Part shown: piece after piece, positions 29,204 to 37,310 of the stretch
Position numbering within the stretch: the first letter of the stretch is position 1
Layout: every line of letters starts with the position of its first letter
From: a virus
Lineage: Duplodnaviria; Caudoviricetes
Reading direction: 5' to 3' (one strand)
Virus record (IMG/VR): IMGVR_UViG_3300033143_007105
Span: 1-60,796 of that record
DNA length: 60,796 nt
Position numbers and translations under genes: made by a program
The notes under the pieces: generated by a model
Told to the model about the DNA's origin: nothing
The model's database searches: none
What the model saw: only the letters and a program-made list of their open reading frames with translations

Positions 29204-30580
29204 TTGGAAAATAAACCTATACCAGTACAGGATATTTTTGAACCAGATGTAAGTTTTGTTATTGAAGAAGCATCCGGTGAAGTTGATGGTATTCATATAC
29301 TTGCTAAAATCTCAGGAACCTTTTTTGTACCTGATGGAATTTCCAGAAATAAAAGGCATTATTCAGAATCTCTTTGGAAAAAACAATTAGCAAGAAAAGA
29401 AATAAAAGAACTTCTTGAGTCCAGAAGAATGTTTGGAACTATTTCCCATGAACAAGAACTTAATGATAAGGCTTTGCTTGAGGGTAAAGTTTCTCATATT
29501 ATAACTAAACTATCCATTAATGAAAAAGATGGAAAAAAACAGGGATATGGTGAAGCACTTATTCTAAATACTCCTGCTGGACAACTTTTAAATACTTATT
29601 ACCGGGCTGGATCAAAACTGTTTACATCTTCTCGCGCAGGTGGAACTTTTAAAGGCACACACTCAGGAATACCTTCTGTAGATGAAGATACTTATAGATT
29701 AAAAACATTTGATTTTATTGGTGATCCTGGTTTTTTAGAAGCTAATCCAGATCTTGTTGAAAGTTATAATGAAATTTTTAAACCTAAATTAAATGAAAAT
29801 TCCAATGAGGAGGAAAACGATATGGATAAGGAAATGACTGATCTACTTAGTAAATCAATGAATGAAAATTCTACTTTACAGGCTGATCTAAAAAATACTT
29901 TGAATGAAGTTGAAACTCTTAAGGGTAATAATACTGTACTTACAGAAGAGAATACTCACATCAAAGGTGAGATTGAAAATCTTAAAAAAATAAATGAAAA
30001 CATCAAGGTTTATGAGGAGCTTGGAAAAGCTGATGAATTAAAAGAAAAACTTGCAAAAAATGAAGAACTTTTAAAAAAGTTTGAAAATCTTGGTACTCCT
30101 GAAGCTATTGGTAAAGTTTTTGAAGAATGCAAAACAAAGGTTACAAGTTTGGAAGAGGAGCTTAACAATTTCAAAAAGATTGGAACATTTGAAGAAATTC
30201 AAAATGTTTTTGAAAAATCTAAAGAAGAGATTGGAAAGTATCGTCCCCTTGGTACACCGGAAGAAATTGAAGAAACTAATAATGAAATTGTTACTGTTAT
30301 TGATGATATGAAAAAAAGCAAGAATTCTGTTAGAATCAAAGCACTTGCAGAGGAATTAAAGATTCCAGAAGAAAAAATCGAAAAAATCTATGAGACAATG
30401 AAAGATGAAGAAGAGATCAAAGAATTTTTCAAAGATCTTTCTGAATCTTCTAAGATAAAAAAGAAATTCCAAAAAACTAATGAAGATGTAAATGGTGACA
30501 ACAAAGATGGAAATACAGAAGATGAAAATCCATTTGCAAACAAGACATCTGCTGAAAGTTTGATGGAACAATTTAACTAA
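29204..30580 (+). CDS. prohead protease (T4 gp21-like) fused to coiled-coil scaffold
   Basis: GTFFVPDGISRNKRHY, MFGTISH, VSHIIT, GEALILNTPAG, TSSRAGG, TFDFIGDPGF; E/K-rich C-terminal half. Confidence 0.88.
   Translation: MENKPIPVQDIFEPDVSFVIEEASGEVDGIHILAKISGTFFVPDGISRNKRHYSESLWKKQLARKEIKELLESRRMFGTISHEQELNDKALLEGKVSHIITKLSINEKDGKKQGYGEALILNTPAGQLLNTYYRAGSKLFTSSRAGGTFKGTHSGIPSVDEDTYRLKTFDFIGDPGFLEANPDLVESYNEIFKPKLNENSNEEENDMDKEMTDLLSKSMNENSTLQADLKNTLNEVETLKGNNTVLTEENTHIKGEIENLKKINENIKVYEELGKADELKEKLAKNEELLKKFENLGTPEAIGKVFEECKTKVTSLEEELNNFKKIGTFEEIQNVFEKSKEEIGKYRPLGTPEEIEETNNEIVTVIDDMKKSKNSVRIKALAEELKIPEEKIEKIYETMKDEEEIKEFFKDLSESSKIKKKFQKTNEDVNGDNKDGNTEDENPFANKTSAESLMEQFN
29822..30580 (+). 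CDS. nested scaffold protein (internal in-frame start)
   Basis: GAGGAGG 8 nt upstream of in-frame ATG 29822; repeated (Y/F)xxLGTPExI units. Confidence 0.6.
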   Translation: MDKEMTDLLSKSMNENSTLQADLKNTLNEVETLKGNNTVLTEENTHIKGEIENLKKINENIKVYEELGKADELKEKLAKNEELLKKFENLGTPEAIGKVFEECKTKVTSLEEELNNFKKIGTFEEIQNVFEKSKEEIGKYRPLGTPEEIEETNNEIVTVIDDMKKSKNSVRIKALAEELKIPEEKIEKIYETMKDEEEIKEFFKDLSESSKIKKKFQKTNEDVNGDNKDGNTEDENPFANKTSAESLMEQFN

Positions 30581-30661
30581 AAAATATTTGAACCTGTAAT
30601 TTCTGCACTTCAGATCTTACCATTAATTTTTAAAACAACTTAAAAAGAGAGGTATATTACT

Positions 30662-32098
30662 ATGACTAATGAAGAAAAACTTGCTCTACAGGAAAGCAAT
30701 ATGAACAAAGGTGCAGAAAAATTATATGAAAAATATCGTCCACAAATGGATGCTCTTTCAAAATCTCCACTTGTAAAAGCAAGAAAAAGGCTTTTACCAG
30801 TGGATGTTTATTCTTTGGGGAAACAACTTGAACAATTTGAAGCATATCGTGATTTCCAAGAAGACGCAGGAAATTTGAATCAATTAGGTAAATTACCTAC
30901 AATTGCCCTTGATGTTATTACCGCTACTATGGGTGTTAGTATTCTTCCTTTAATTGCATTAACACAACCACTTGAAGAAGAGGAAGGGATTGTTTGGTAT
31001 AAGAATGTAAGATCAGCTACAACCCGAGGATCTCAAACAGCAGGTGATGTTGTTATTAATCCAATAACAGGTATTGTAACTCCACAAGGTTATGCATCAA
31101 ACAAAATGGAAAATGTTGATATAGGTGATACTGGTGGAACCCCTGTAACTCATTATGAATTTACACTTCCAGCTTCAGCTATTCCAATTAGATCTGAAAG
31201 TCTAAAAATTTGGGTAGCAGATGCTCCATTGATTTATTGTCAAGATATTGGTGGTGTTGGTATTGGTCAATTATTAGGTGCTGGTGTTTCTGGAACAGTT
31301 AATTATCTTACAGGTGATGTTATTATTGATTTTGCAGTAGCTCCAACAGCAAGTAAGGATATTTTAGGTAGTTGGCAACAAAATTATGAACTTTCAACCG
31401 ATATTCCAAAAATTGATTTTTACTTAGCTCATAAATCAATCAAATGCCATACTTATGCTCTTAAGACTGAAATTAGTATGTTGCAAAATTTTGGCCTTAA
31501 AAAGAGATTTGGTATGAACTTAGATGATGAAGCTGGTAAAGATTTGGTACAGGAAATTAACCGGGAAATTGGTGGAGATTTAGTAAGAAAAGTTAAAGCT
31601 GCTGCAATGGGAGTAACCCAATTTGATATTAAACAACCTCAGTATATTTCTGAATCAGATCATCGTAGAGCTTACAAAAACAGACTTGCTGATGCTGAAG
31701 CTATCTTGGTTGGTAATGCAGGGCGTGGAACAGTTAATCTTATTATTGCTGGTACAGAACAGAGTGCTATTATTTCAACTCTTCCAGGATTTGAAAAAAT
31801 CTTTGATGGAAATTCATTAGGTGCTCATGTTTTTGGTACTTTGGATGGTACAGTTGTTATCCGAGTAAATGAAACTGCAATTCTTCCTTCAAAGGAAGGT
31901 ATTGTTCTTTGGAAAGGTAAAGGAATCTTTGAGGGTCCAGCAAGTTATTGTCCATATATGCCACTTGTTATGACTGACAAACTTCCTGTTAGTCCTAATC
32001 CACTTGGATCACAAAAAGCTGTTGCTGTTATGGCTGGAGTAGAAGCACTTGTTCCTGAATTTATTTCTAAATTAGATATTATTGATACTACTCCATAA
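30662..32098 (+). CDS. major capsid protein (T4 gp23-like HK97 fold)
   Basis: Follows protease/scaffold; TQPLEEEEGIVWY, LVQEINREI, GAHVFGTLDG, YCPYMPL; followed by a strong terminator. Confidence 0.88.
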   Translation: MTNEEKLALQESNMNKGAEKLYEKYRPQMDALSKSPLVKARKRLLPVDVYSLGKQLEQFEAYRDFQEDAGNLNQLGKLPTIALDVITATMGVSILPLIALTQPLEEEEGIVWYKNVRSATTRGSQTAGDVVINPITGIVTPQGYASNKMENVDIGDTGGTPVTHYEFTLPASAIPIRSESLKIWVADAPLIYCQDIGGVGIGQLLGAGVSGTVNYLTGDVIIDFAVAPTASKDILGSWQQNYELSTDIPKIDFYLAHKSIKCHTYALKTEISMLQNFGLKKRFGMNLDDEAGKDLVQEINREIGGDLVRKVKAAAMGVTQFDIKQPQYISESDHRRAYKNRLADAEAILVGNAGRGTVNLIIAGTEQSAIISTLPGFEKIFDGNSLGAHVFGTLDGTVVIRVNETAILPSKEGIVLWKGKGIFEGPASYCPYMPLVMTDKLPVSPNPLGSQKAVAVMAGVEALVPEFISKLDIIDTTP

Positions 32099-32114
32099 AA
32101 GTAGTTAAGTTTTT

Positions 32115-32142
32115 AAGGGGGGGTAACCCCCCTTTGTTTTTT
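32115..32142 (+). terminator. rho-independent terminator
   Basis: AAGGGGGG-GTAA-CCCCCCTT hairpin (GNRA loop) followed by TGTTTTTT. Confidence 0.88.
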
Positions 32143-32165
32143 AAACAGAAAAAGGAGAAAAAACA

Positions 32166-32504
32166 ATGTATGCTAAGATCACTAGTCTTAGAGATGGAAA
32201 TATCACATTAAGTACATTAGGTGCTAAGAGAATCCCTTTAGAGAAAAAAGGTTCTTTTCATGAGTTTAATACTGCTGAAGATTATAAGAGATTTCAAGCT
32301 GTAATTGAAAGATATAGAATTAAACAAAGTATCAAACTTGAAATTTTTGGTAAAAAAGGACAAGAAAATAAACCAGTACCGGAAAAAACTAAAGTGGTTA
32401 ATAAACCTGTACCTGAGAAACTAAAAACTGATAGTAAACCAGTATTAGAACCGGAAAAACCAAAAGTAATTGATAATAAGAAGAAAAAGAAAAAATTTCT
32501 TTAG
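32166..32504 (+). CDS. hypothetical virion-associated protein
   Basis: AAGGAG RBS; KPVPEK repeats in C-terminus. Confidence 0.6.
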   Translation: MYAKITSLRDGNITLSTLGAKRIPLEKKGSFHEFNTAEDYKRFQAVIERYRIKQSIKLEIFGKKGQENKPVPEKTKVVNKPVPEKLKTDSKPVLEPEKPKVIDNKKKKKKFL

Positions 32505-32517
32505 GGAGTAAAGCCTT

Positions 32518-33183
32518 GTGAATATAAAGGATATGTTTGAAAAGGTTTTATTGGATTCAGGGCAATTTTTTATTGATGATGGTAATGTTGAAATTAATCC
32601 GGATAAATTTGTTATTATTGTTAAGAGTGTTTTAGCTTTATATAGTAATCATTATCCTCATGATTTAAAATTCAATATTGATATTTCTAATAAAATGTTT
32701 GAATTTACTGAAATCAGTAAGACAGTTTTAGGAGCCAACACAGGTATTCCCACTTGGATATCTGATGTTATTCCTATAAGAATTTCAGGTGTTTATCCAT
32801 ATCAATTATTTAAAACATCCCCTAATACAGAATTATCAGATAAAAAACAATATATTTGGGAGTATAGGAAACCAAATCTTTATATTCCTATACCCGGAGT
32901 ACATGAAATTCATGCAGTATTTAAACATACAATTATTGAAGAGGAAGTTGAAAGTAAGAAATCATATAGAGTAGACACTGTTGATTATGAAGATGTTATA
33001 TTCTTCCAACTCCTTCAGGCTGCATTTTTAAAAGGAGTTGGTAGGTCAAGGAGGGCTTTTACCTTAGAAGCTCTCCCATTAGCTACAGACGCTTCTGAAT
33101 TGATAGGGGAAGCTGAGTCCTTAGAAGAAAGAGCAAGAGAAGATTTGGAAGAAAAGCATGATAAATGGTGGTTAGCTTTTTAA
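32518..33183 (+). CDS. putative head-tail adaptor/neck protein
   Basis: Position after MCP; GRSRRAFTL..LP...DASELIGEA C-terminus resembles gp13-like adaptors. Confidence 0.5.
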   Translation: MNIKDMFEKVLLDSGQFFIDDGNVEINPDKFVIIVKSVLALYSNHYPHDLKFNIDISNKMFEFTEISKTVLGANTGIPTWISDVIPIRISGVYPYQLFKTSPNTELSDKKQYIWEYRKPNLYIPIPGVHEIHAVFKHTIIEEEVESKKSYRVDTVDYEDVIFFQLLQAAFLKGVGRSRRAFTLEALPLATDASELIGEAESLEERAREDLEEKHDKWWLAF

Positions 33184-33196
33184 TAGGAGTAATAAT

Positions 33197-33598
33197 ATGT
33201 CTAAAGCAAGGGAAATATTGGAAAAGATAAGGAACTTTAAAATTAATGAAGTTTTAAAATGGGGTTTTGATCTTACTGGTTTTAAAAGTGCTGAAGATTG
33301 GAAAAAGGTTCTTAAATCTGTAGGAATTTCTGATGAAGGTAAACTTACCACAGAGAAAGTATCAGGAATTGAAAATGTTTATTGGGTATGGAAAGGTAAA
33401 GGTATTACAATTTATACTGGTAATAATCCGGTTACAGGTGAATATCTTTATCCTAAGAGAAGAGAACCTGAAGTTGGTTATGCAAGTTACATTGGAATTG
33501 AGGGGAATGAAGATAAAGTTAAAAAAGTTGTTAAGACAATTAAATCACTTACAAATGATATAAAAGCTGAATCTCCAAATAAAAGGGATTTTATATAA
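33197..33598 (+). CDS. putative internal head/cargo protein (class-A leader)
   Basis: MSKAREILEKIRNFKINE. Confidence 0.65.
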   Translation: MSKAREILEKIRNFKINEVLKWGFDLTGFKSAEDWKKVLKSVGISDEGKLTTEKVSGIENVYWVWKGKGITIYTGNNPVTGEYLYPKRREPEVGYASYIGIEGNEDKVKKVVKTIKSLTNDIKAESPNKRDFI

Positions 33599-33610
33599 AA
33601 AATAAAATGT

Positions 33611-34243
33611 ATGGCAACATTACTAAAATATATAAAAACAGACCTACAGAAGTTTGGAAGAAATGTTACTGGTTATCCAAAGTATCCAGTGACAAATCTA
33701 ACAACAATGGCTTCTGTTGGGATAAAAAGTATAACGTATAAAGGTGTTGTAAAAGGGGAAGATGGAAATTATATTGTTTTTGTTCAATTTTTTGATGTTA
33801 AGTTTTCAAAGAAAAAAGTTGAAGGTTGGCACCCTATTAAAGTTGAAAGAAAACTTTGGTATTATAAAACTCCAACTGTGAGGTTTAATCCAGTGAAAAT
33901 GCGCTGTCAATGTTTAGATTTTCGTATGAGATTTGAGCGAGAATTGTTTATGGATAAGGCTCTTATAGGAAATTGGAGAAGATATGATGCAAGGAAAATT
34001 GACAAAGGAACAGATATTGATATTAAGGATAGAATAAAAGATCCTAGAACACAGGATTATTTTCCTTTGGGAAAAAGTTATGTTAGGAAAACACCACCCC
34101 CAGGAAGAACAGTTTTTGGTAAGAAAAGTGGAAGGTGGATCAAGGGTAGGGAGTTTGTTAACCCCTTGGAATACCGAGGGATATGCAAACATGTGTGGAG
34201 TTTTCTCTGGTATTTAAGAGGTGCTAAGCTTTTAGTAAGCTAA
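33611..34243 (+). CDS. SWIM-type zinc-finger protein
   Basis: VKMRCQCLDF ... NP....GICKH. Confidence 0.65.
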   Translation: MATLLKYIKTDLQKFGRNVTGYPKYPVTNLTTMASVGIKSITYKGVVKGEDGNYIVFVQFFDVKFSKKKVEGWHPIKVERKLWYYKTPTVRFNPVKMRCQCLDFRMRFERELFMDKALIGNWRRYDARKIDKGTDIDIKDRIKDPRTQDYFPLGKSYVRKTPPPGRTVFGKKSGRWIKGREFVNPLEYRGICKHVWSFLWYLRGAKLLVS

Positions 34244-34256
34244 TAGGAGATATATC

Positions 34257-34475
34257 ATGAGTAAAGCAACAGAAATTTTAAAGAAGTTAAAGGAATCAAA
34301 AACAAATAAAGAAAAAATCAATGAAGATTTTATTAAAGATGTGAAAAAGATTATTGATGATTCTACTAAAATATATATCCTTCTTGATACAATAGGTGGA
34401 ATTGTTGAAGATCAAAAAATTGTTAAAATTATTTTGAAAGCAGCAAGAGATCTTGAGAAGATTGAAAAGGGATAA
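34257..34475 (+). CDS. putative internal head/cargo protein (class-A leader)
   Basis: MSKATEILKKLKE. Confidence 0.6.
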   Translation: MSKATEILKKLKESKTNKEKINEDFIKDVKKIIDDSTKIYILLDTIGGIVEDQKIVKIILKAARDLEKIEKG

Positions 34476-34476
34476 T

Positions 34477-34512
34477 ATGTCTAAAGCAAAAGAGGTATTA
34501 ACAGGAATATAA
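34477..34512 (+). pseudogene. leader-only remnant (MSKAKEVLTGI*)
   Basis: ATGTCTAAAGCAAAAGAGGTATTAACAGGAATATAA after AAGGGA. Confidence 0.5.
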
Positions 34513-34547
34513 AAGAATTTTATTATAATAAATAGGAGAATAAAATC

Positions 34548-34883
34548 ATGACTACTAAAGCACAAGGAATGTTAAAATTTTTGAATGAAGGTAAACTTAA
34601 AATTAACCTGGAATCTGCTGAAAAGATTGTAGCTTTACTTAAGAAGAATGGTTATAGTAATGCTTCTTATGATACAGAATATGGTTTTAGTGGAATATAT
34701 AACCAAAGCAGATATGCTCAGCTTACATCTGATAACAAGGGGTTTTGTTGTTCTCTGAGAGGTTGTAGTGGTCTTAATAATTTGATTATGAATTCTGCTG
34801 AAGTTAATATTTTGACTGAAGAAATAAATGAAGTGAAAAAGATCCTTGATGGAATTAGGGGTGTTGATTCAACTTTAGTATAG
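34548..34883 (+). CDS. putative internal head/cargo protein (class-B leader)
   Basis: MTTKAQGMLKFLNE. Confidence 0.62.
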   Translation: MTTKAQGMLKFLNEGKLKINLESAEKIVALLKKNGYSNASYDTEYGFSGIYNQSRYAQLTSDNKGFCCSLRGCSGLNNLIMNSAEVNILTEEINEVKKILDGIRGVDSTLV

Positions 34884-34895
34884 AGGGATAAAAAT

Positions 34896-35090
34896 ATGAA
34901 AACAGCAAAAGAGATGTTGGATTTTTTGGATGAAGGTGAAGATAAGGAAGCTCTTTTCAAAAAGAAATTCAAGGAACTTGAGTATTGGGATTCAAGAAAT
35001 ACAACAACAAGTGTTCAATGTGATAATTTGAAAAGAGCCAAAGCTATTATTAAAAATTCAGGTATTGAACAGACAATAAAGGAAGTATGA
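34896..35090 (+). CDS. putative internal head/cargo protein (class-B leader)
   Basis: MKTAKEMLDFLDE. Confidence 0.6.
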   Translation: MKTAKEMLDFLDEGEDKEALFKKKFKELEYWDSRNTTTSVQCDNLKRAKAIIKNSGIEQTIKEV

Positions 35091-35094
35091 AAAT

Positions 35095-35526
35095 ATGAAA
35101 ACTAAAGCACAAGAAATGTTAAAATTTTTAGAAATGAGAGGACAAGGTACAGGACCAGAAGGTATGGCTGGTACATCCTTGTGTATTTGTCCTTCATGTA
35201 AGCATGAAGTTTCTCACAATAGAGGAGTTCCTTGTAATGAAATGAAATGTCCTAAATGTCAAACTCCAATGACAGGTAAAGGAACTGTTGGATCAAAAGT
35301 TGGAGATGAGAGTAAAGCACAAGAAATATTAGATAAGTTGAATAGGGTTGAAGAAAAAGTTAAAATAGGTTCTGTTGCTGCAACAATTAATGGTATTGTC
35401 AGTAAAATAGAAAAAGAAAAAATACCAGAACAAGAAAAAATTGGAAATAAAGATACTGTAAAAGCTTTAAAGGATGCAGTTAAATTTTTGGATAAAGCTA
35501 CTGATATATTATTTGATATATCTTAA
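35095..35526 (+). CDS. class-B-leader cargo with Cys-rich metal-binding module and a second internal leader
   Basis: MKTKAQEMLKFLE; GQGTGPEG..CICPSC...HNRGVPC...CPKC; internal SKAQEILDKLNRVEE. Confidence 0.65.
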   Translation: MKTKAQEMLKFLEMRGQGTGPEGMAGTSLCICPSCKHEVSHNRGVPCNEMKCPKCQTPMTGKGTVGSKVGDESKAQEILDKLNRVEEKVKIGSVAATINGIVSKIEKEKIPEQEKIGNKDTVKALKDAVKFLDKATDILFDIS

Positions 35527-35535
35527 AAGTAAACT

Positions 35536-35931
35536 ATGCCAACTTTTTATGAAGAAATTGAACAACACATTAAGAACAACAACCATGTTTTTCTTAAGAC
35601 TCTAATAAAGAGATATGGTATTTGGGTTAAGGTTTATGAGATTCAGAAAAACCGATATAGTAAGGTTTATGGTAGCCAATCAGGAGAGGTTAAAGAGAAG
35701 AATCCAAAGAAGCTTAAAGTTATTGTTATTGGTGATGATTTCTTTCCTAGTGGACAAGCTTTTCAAGAAGGATGGTTGTATACAACTTCTGATTATATAA
35801 AGGTAGGTCAAACAATTGAAATAATAAGAAAAGATGATATAATAAGAAGGTATAAAATTGATACTTCTGATATTATAGGAACAACCGATACAGTATTTAA
35901 ACGCTGGAAACTTTCAGCATTGGGGAGTTAA
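35536..35931 (+). CDS. putative head-closure/neck protein
   Basis: Position, size and beta-rich pattern only. Confidence 0.35.
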   Translation: MPTFYEEIEQHIKNNNHVFLKTLIKRYGIWVKVYEIQKNRYSKVYGSQSGEVKEKNPKKLKVIVIGDDFFPSGQAFQEGWLYTTSDYIKVGQTIEIIRKDDIIRRYKIDTSDIIGTTDTVFKRWKLSALGS

Positions 35932-35933
35932 AA

Positions 35934-36320
35934 ATGATTAATACAAAAGAAATGTTGGATTTTTTGAATGAGGGTAAACATCCAATGCTTGATGATTATT
36001 TAGTTTCTGCATTATGGTCTTCCAGTGATGATGAGGGTAATCCTTTAGATGATGATTATGATGTTTCTGATGTAAGTAAAGAAGCAATTAAGAAATCTGA
36101 AAAAGATTTAAAAGATTTTGAGAAAAAGGCTGGAAAGTTATTAGATGGATTAGATCCAAAACAAATAGCACATGATTTTTGGTTGACTAGAAATGGTCAT
36201 GGTGCAGGTTTTTTGGATAGGGATTATGATGGTAAGGAAAAGAAGTTGGATAAAATTGCGAGTTCTTTTGGTAGTGTGATGGCTTATGTTGGGGATGATA
36301 AAAAGATTTATATGGATTAA
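35934..36320 (+). CDS. conserved phage protein with class-B leader
   Basis: MINTKEMLDFLNE; YLVSALWSS...AHDFWLTRNGHGAGF.DR. Confidence 0.7.
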   Translation: MINTKEMLDFLNEGKHPMLDDYLVSALWSSSDDEGNPLDDDYDVSDVSKEAIKKSEKDLKDFEKKAGKLLDGLDPKQIAHDFWLTRNGHGAGFLDRDYDGKEKKLDKIASSFGSVMAYVGDDKKIYMD

Positions 36321-36326
36321 TAAACA

Positions 36327-36974
36327 ATGTCTAAAGCAGGAAAAGAAACAATAGGGAATTTTGCTATAGTAATAGAGAAGTTCCTTGATAATCTCAATAC
36401 TCATATGCCTAATATGCAATATGTGTATTGTGAGAAATTGGATTATGAATCAGTATTGAAAAAATTCAAAGCTGATAATAATATGAATGAAAATGAAGAA
36501 GTTCCTTTTCCTCTTTTTTCATTTAAAAGATCAGTCCTAAGACATTCAGATCATGGAATGTCAAGAAGGGCAGTAACACAAAGGGTTTTAAAGAAACAGG
36601 ATGATGATTATACAGCAGTATATAAAATGGTTTATGGTGAGTTTGATATTGATTTTCTTTTTATTGTCAAGGAAGCTCATGAATCAGAAATCTTTGAAAT
36701 CAATTACTTAGCTGAAGAAGGTATAGCAAGCCAAAAAGAAATAAAAGTTACTCTTGGTGATTTGGGAGAATTTCCTTATCAATTTCAATATGAACCTTTG
36801 ACTGACAAGGAAATGGAAAAAGAAATTAATTATTATAAGGGAATTACTGGAAGTGTTAGAGCATCTGGTTTATACTTTATCCATGATTCAGTTAAACCAC
36901 ATATCAAACATATTAATTTTATGATTAAAAATTTTAATGATAAAGTTTTAAGACAAAAAACAATAGAGTTATAA
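36327..36974 (+). CDS. putative tail terminator/sheath stabiliser (gp15-like)
   Basis: Just upstream of the sheath; FPLFSFKR motif. Confidence 0.45.
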   Translation: MSKAGKETIGNFAIVIEKFLDNLNTHMPNMQYVYCEKLDYESVLKKFKADNNMNENEEVPFPLFSFKRSVLRHSDHGMSRRAVTQRVLKKQDDDYTAVYKMVYGEFDIDFLFIVKEAHESEIFEINYLAEEGIASQKEIKVTLGDLGEFPYQFQYEPLTDKEMEKEINYYKGITGSVRASGLYFIHDSVKPHIKHINFMIKNFNDKVLRQKTIEL

Positions 36975-36988
36975 AGGAGAAATAAATT

Positions 36989-37273
36989 ATGTCAAAGGTA
37001 AATGGAAAAGACAAAGAGAAAATAACTGAAAAACCTTCTGTTATTCCTCCTATAAAGACAAATGATAAAAAGAAAAAATACAGCAAGATAACTGATATTC
37101 CAGCTTTTAAACAAGCTGATAGACCAAAACCAGGATTGCTTATCTCAAGACTTCCCCAACCCGTTGAAATTCCTTACAATGGAGCATCACTTATGCTTCC
37201 TTCCAGGGGTAGGAAAACAATACCAAATAGGGATAAATTGGGTGCAATTCCTCATGGAGTCTTTTTAAAATAA
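36989..37273 (+). CDS. hypothetical virion protein
   Basis: AAGGAG RBS. Confidence 0.55.
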   Translation: MSKVNGKDKEKITEKPSVIPPIKTNDKKKKYSKITDIPAFKQADRPKPGLLISRLPQPVEIPYNGASLMLPSRGRKTIPNRDKLGAIPHGVFLK

Positions 37274-37310
37274 ATAATAAATTGATTTTATATCATATTG
37301 GAGGTGTTTA

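Noticed and set aside
36327-36350. MSKAGKE start as a class-A leader
   Set aside because: Only the first four residues match; the E(I/L)LxK(I/L) helix is missing and the gene sits at a core tail position
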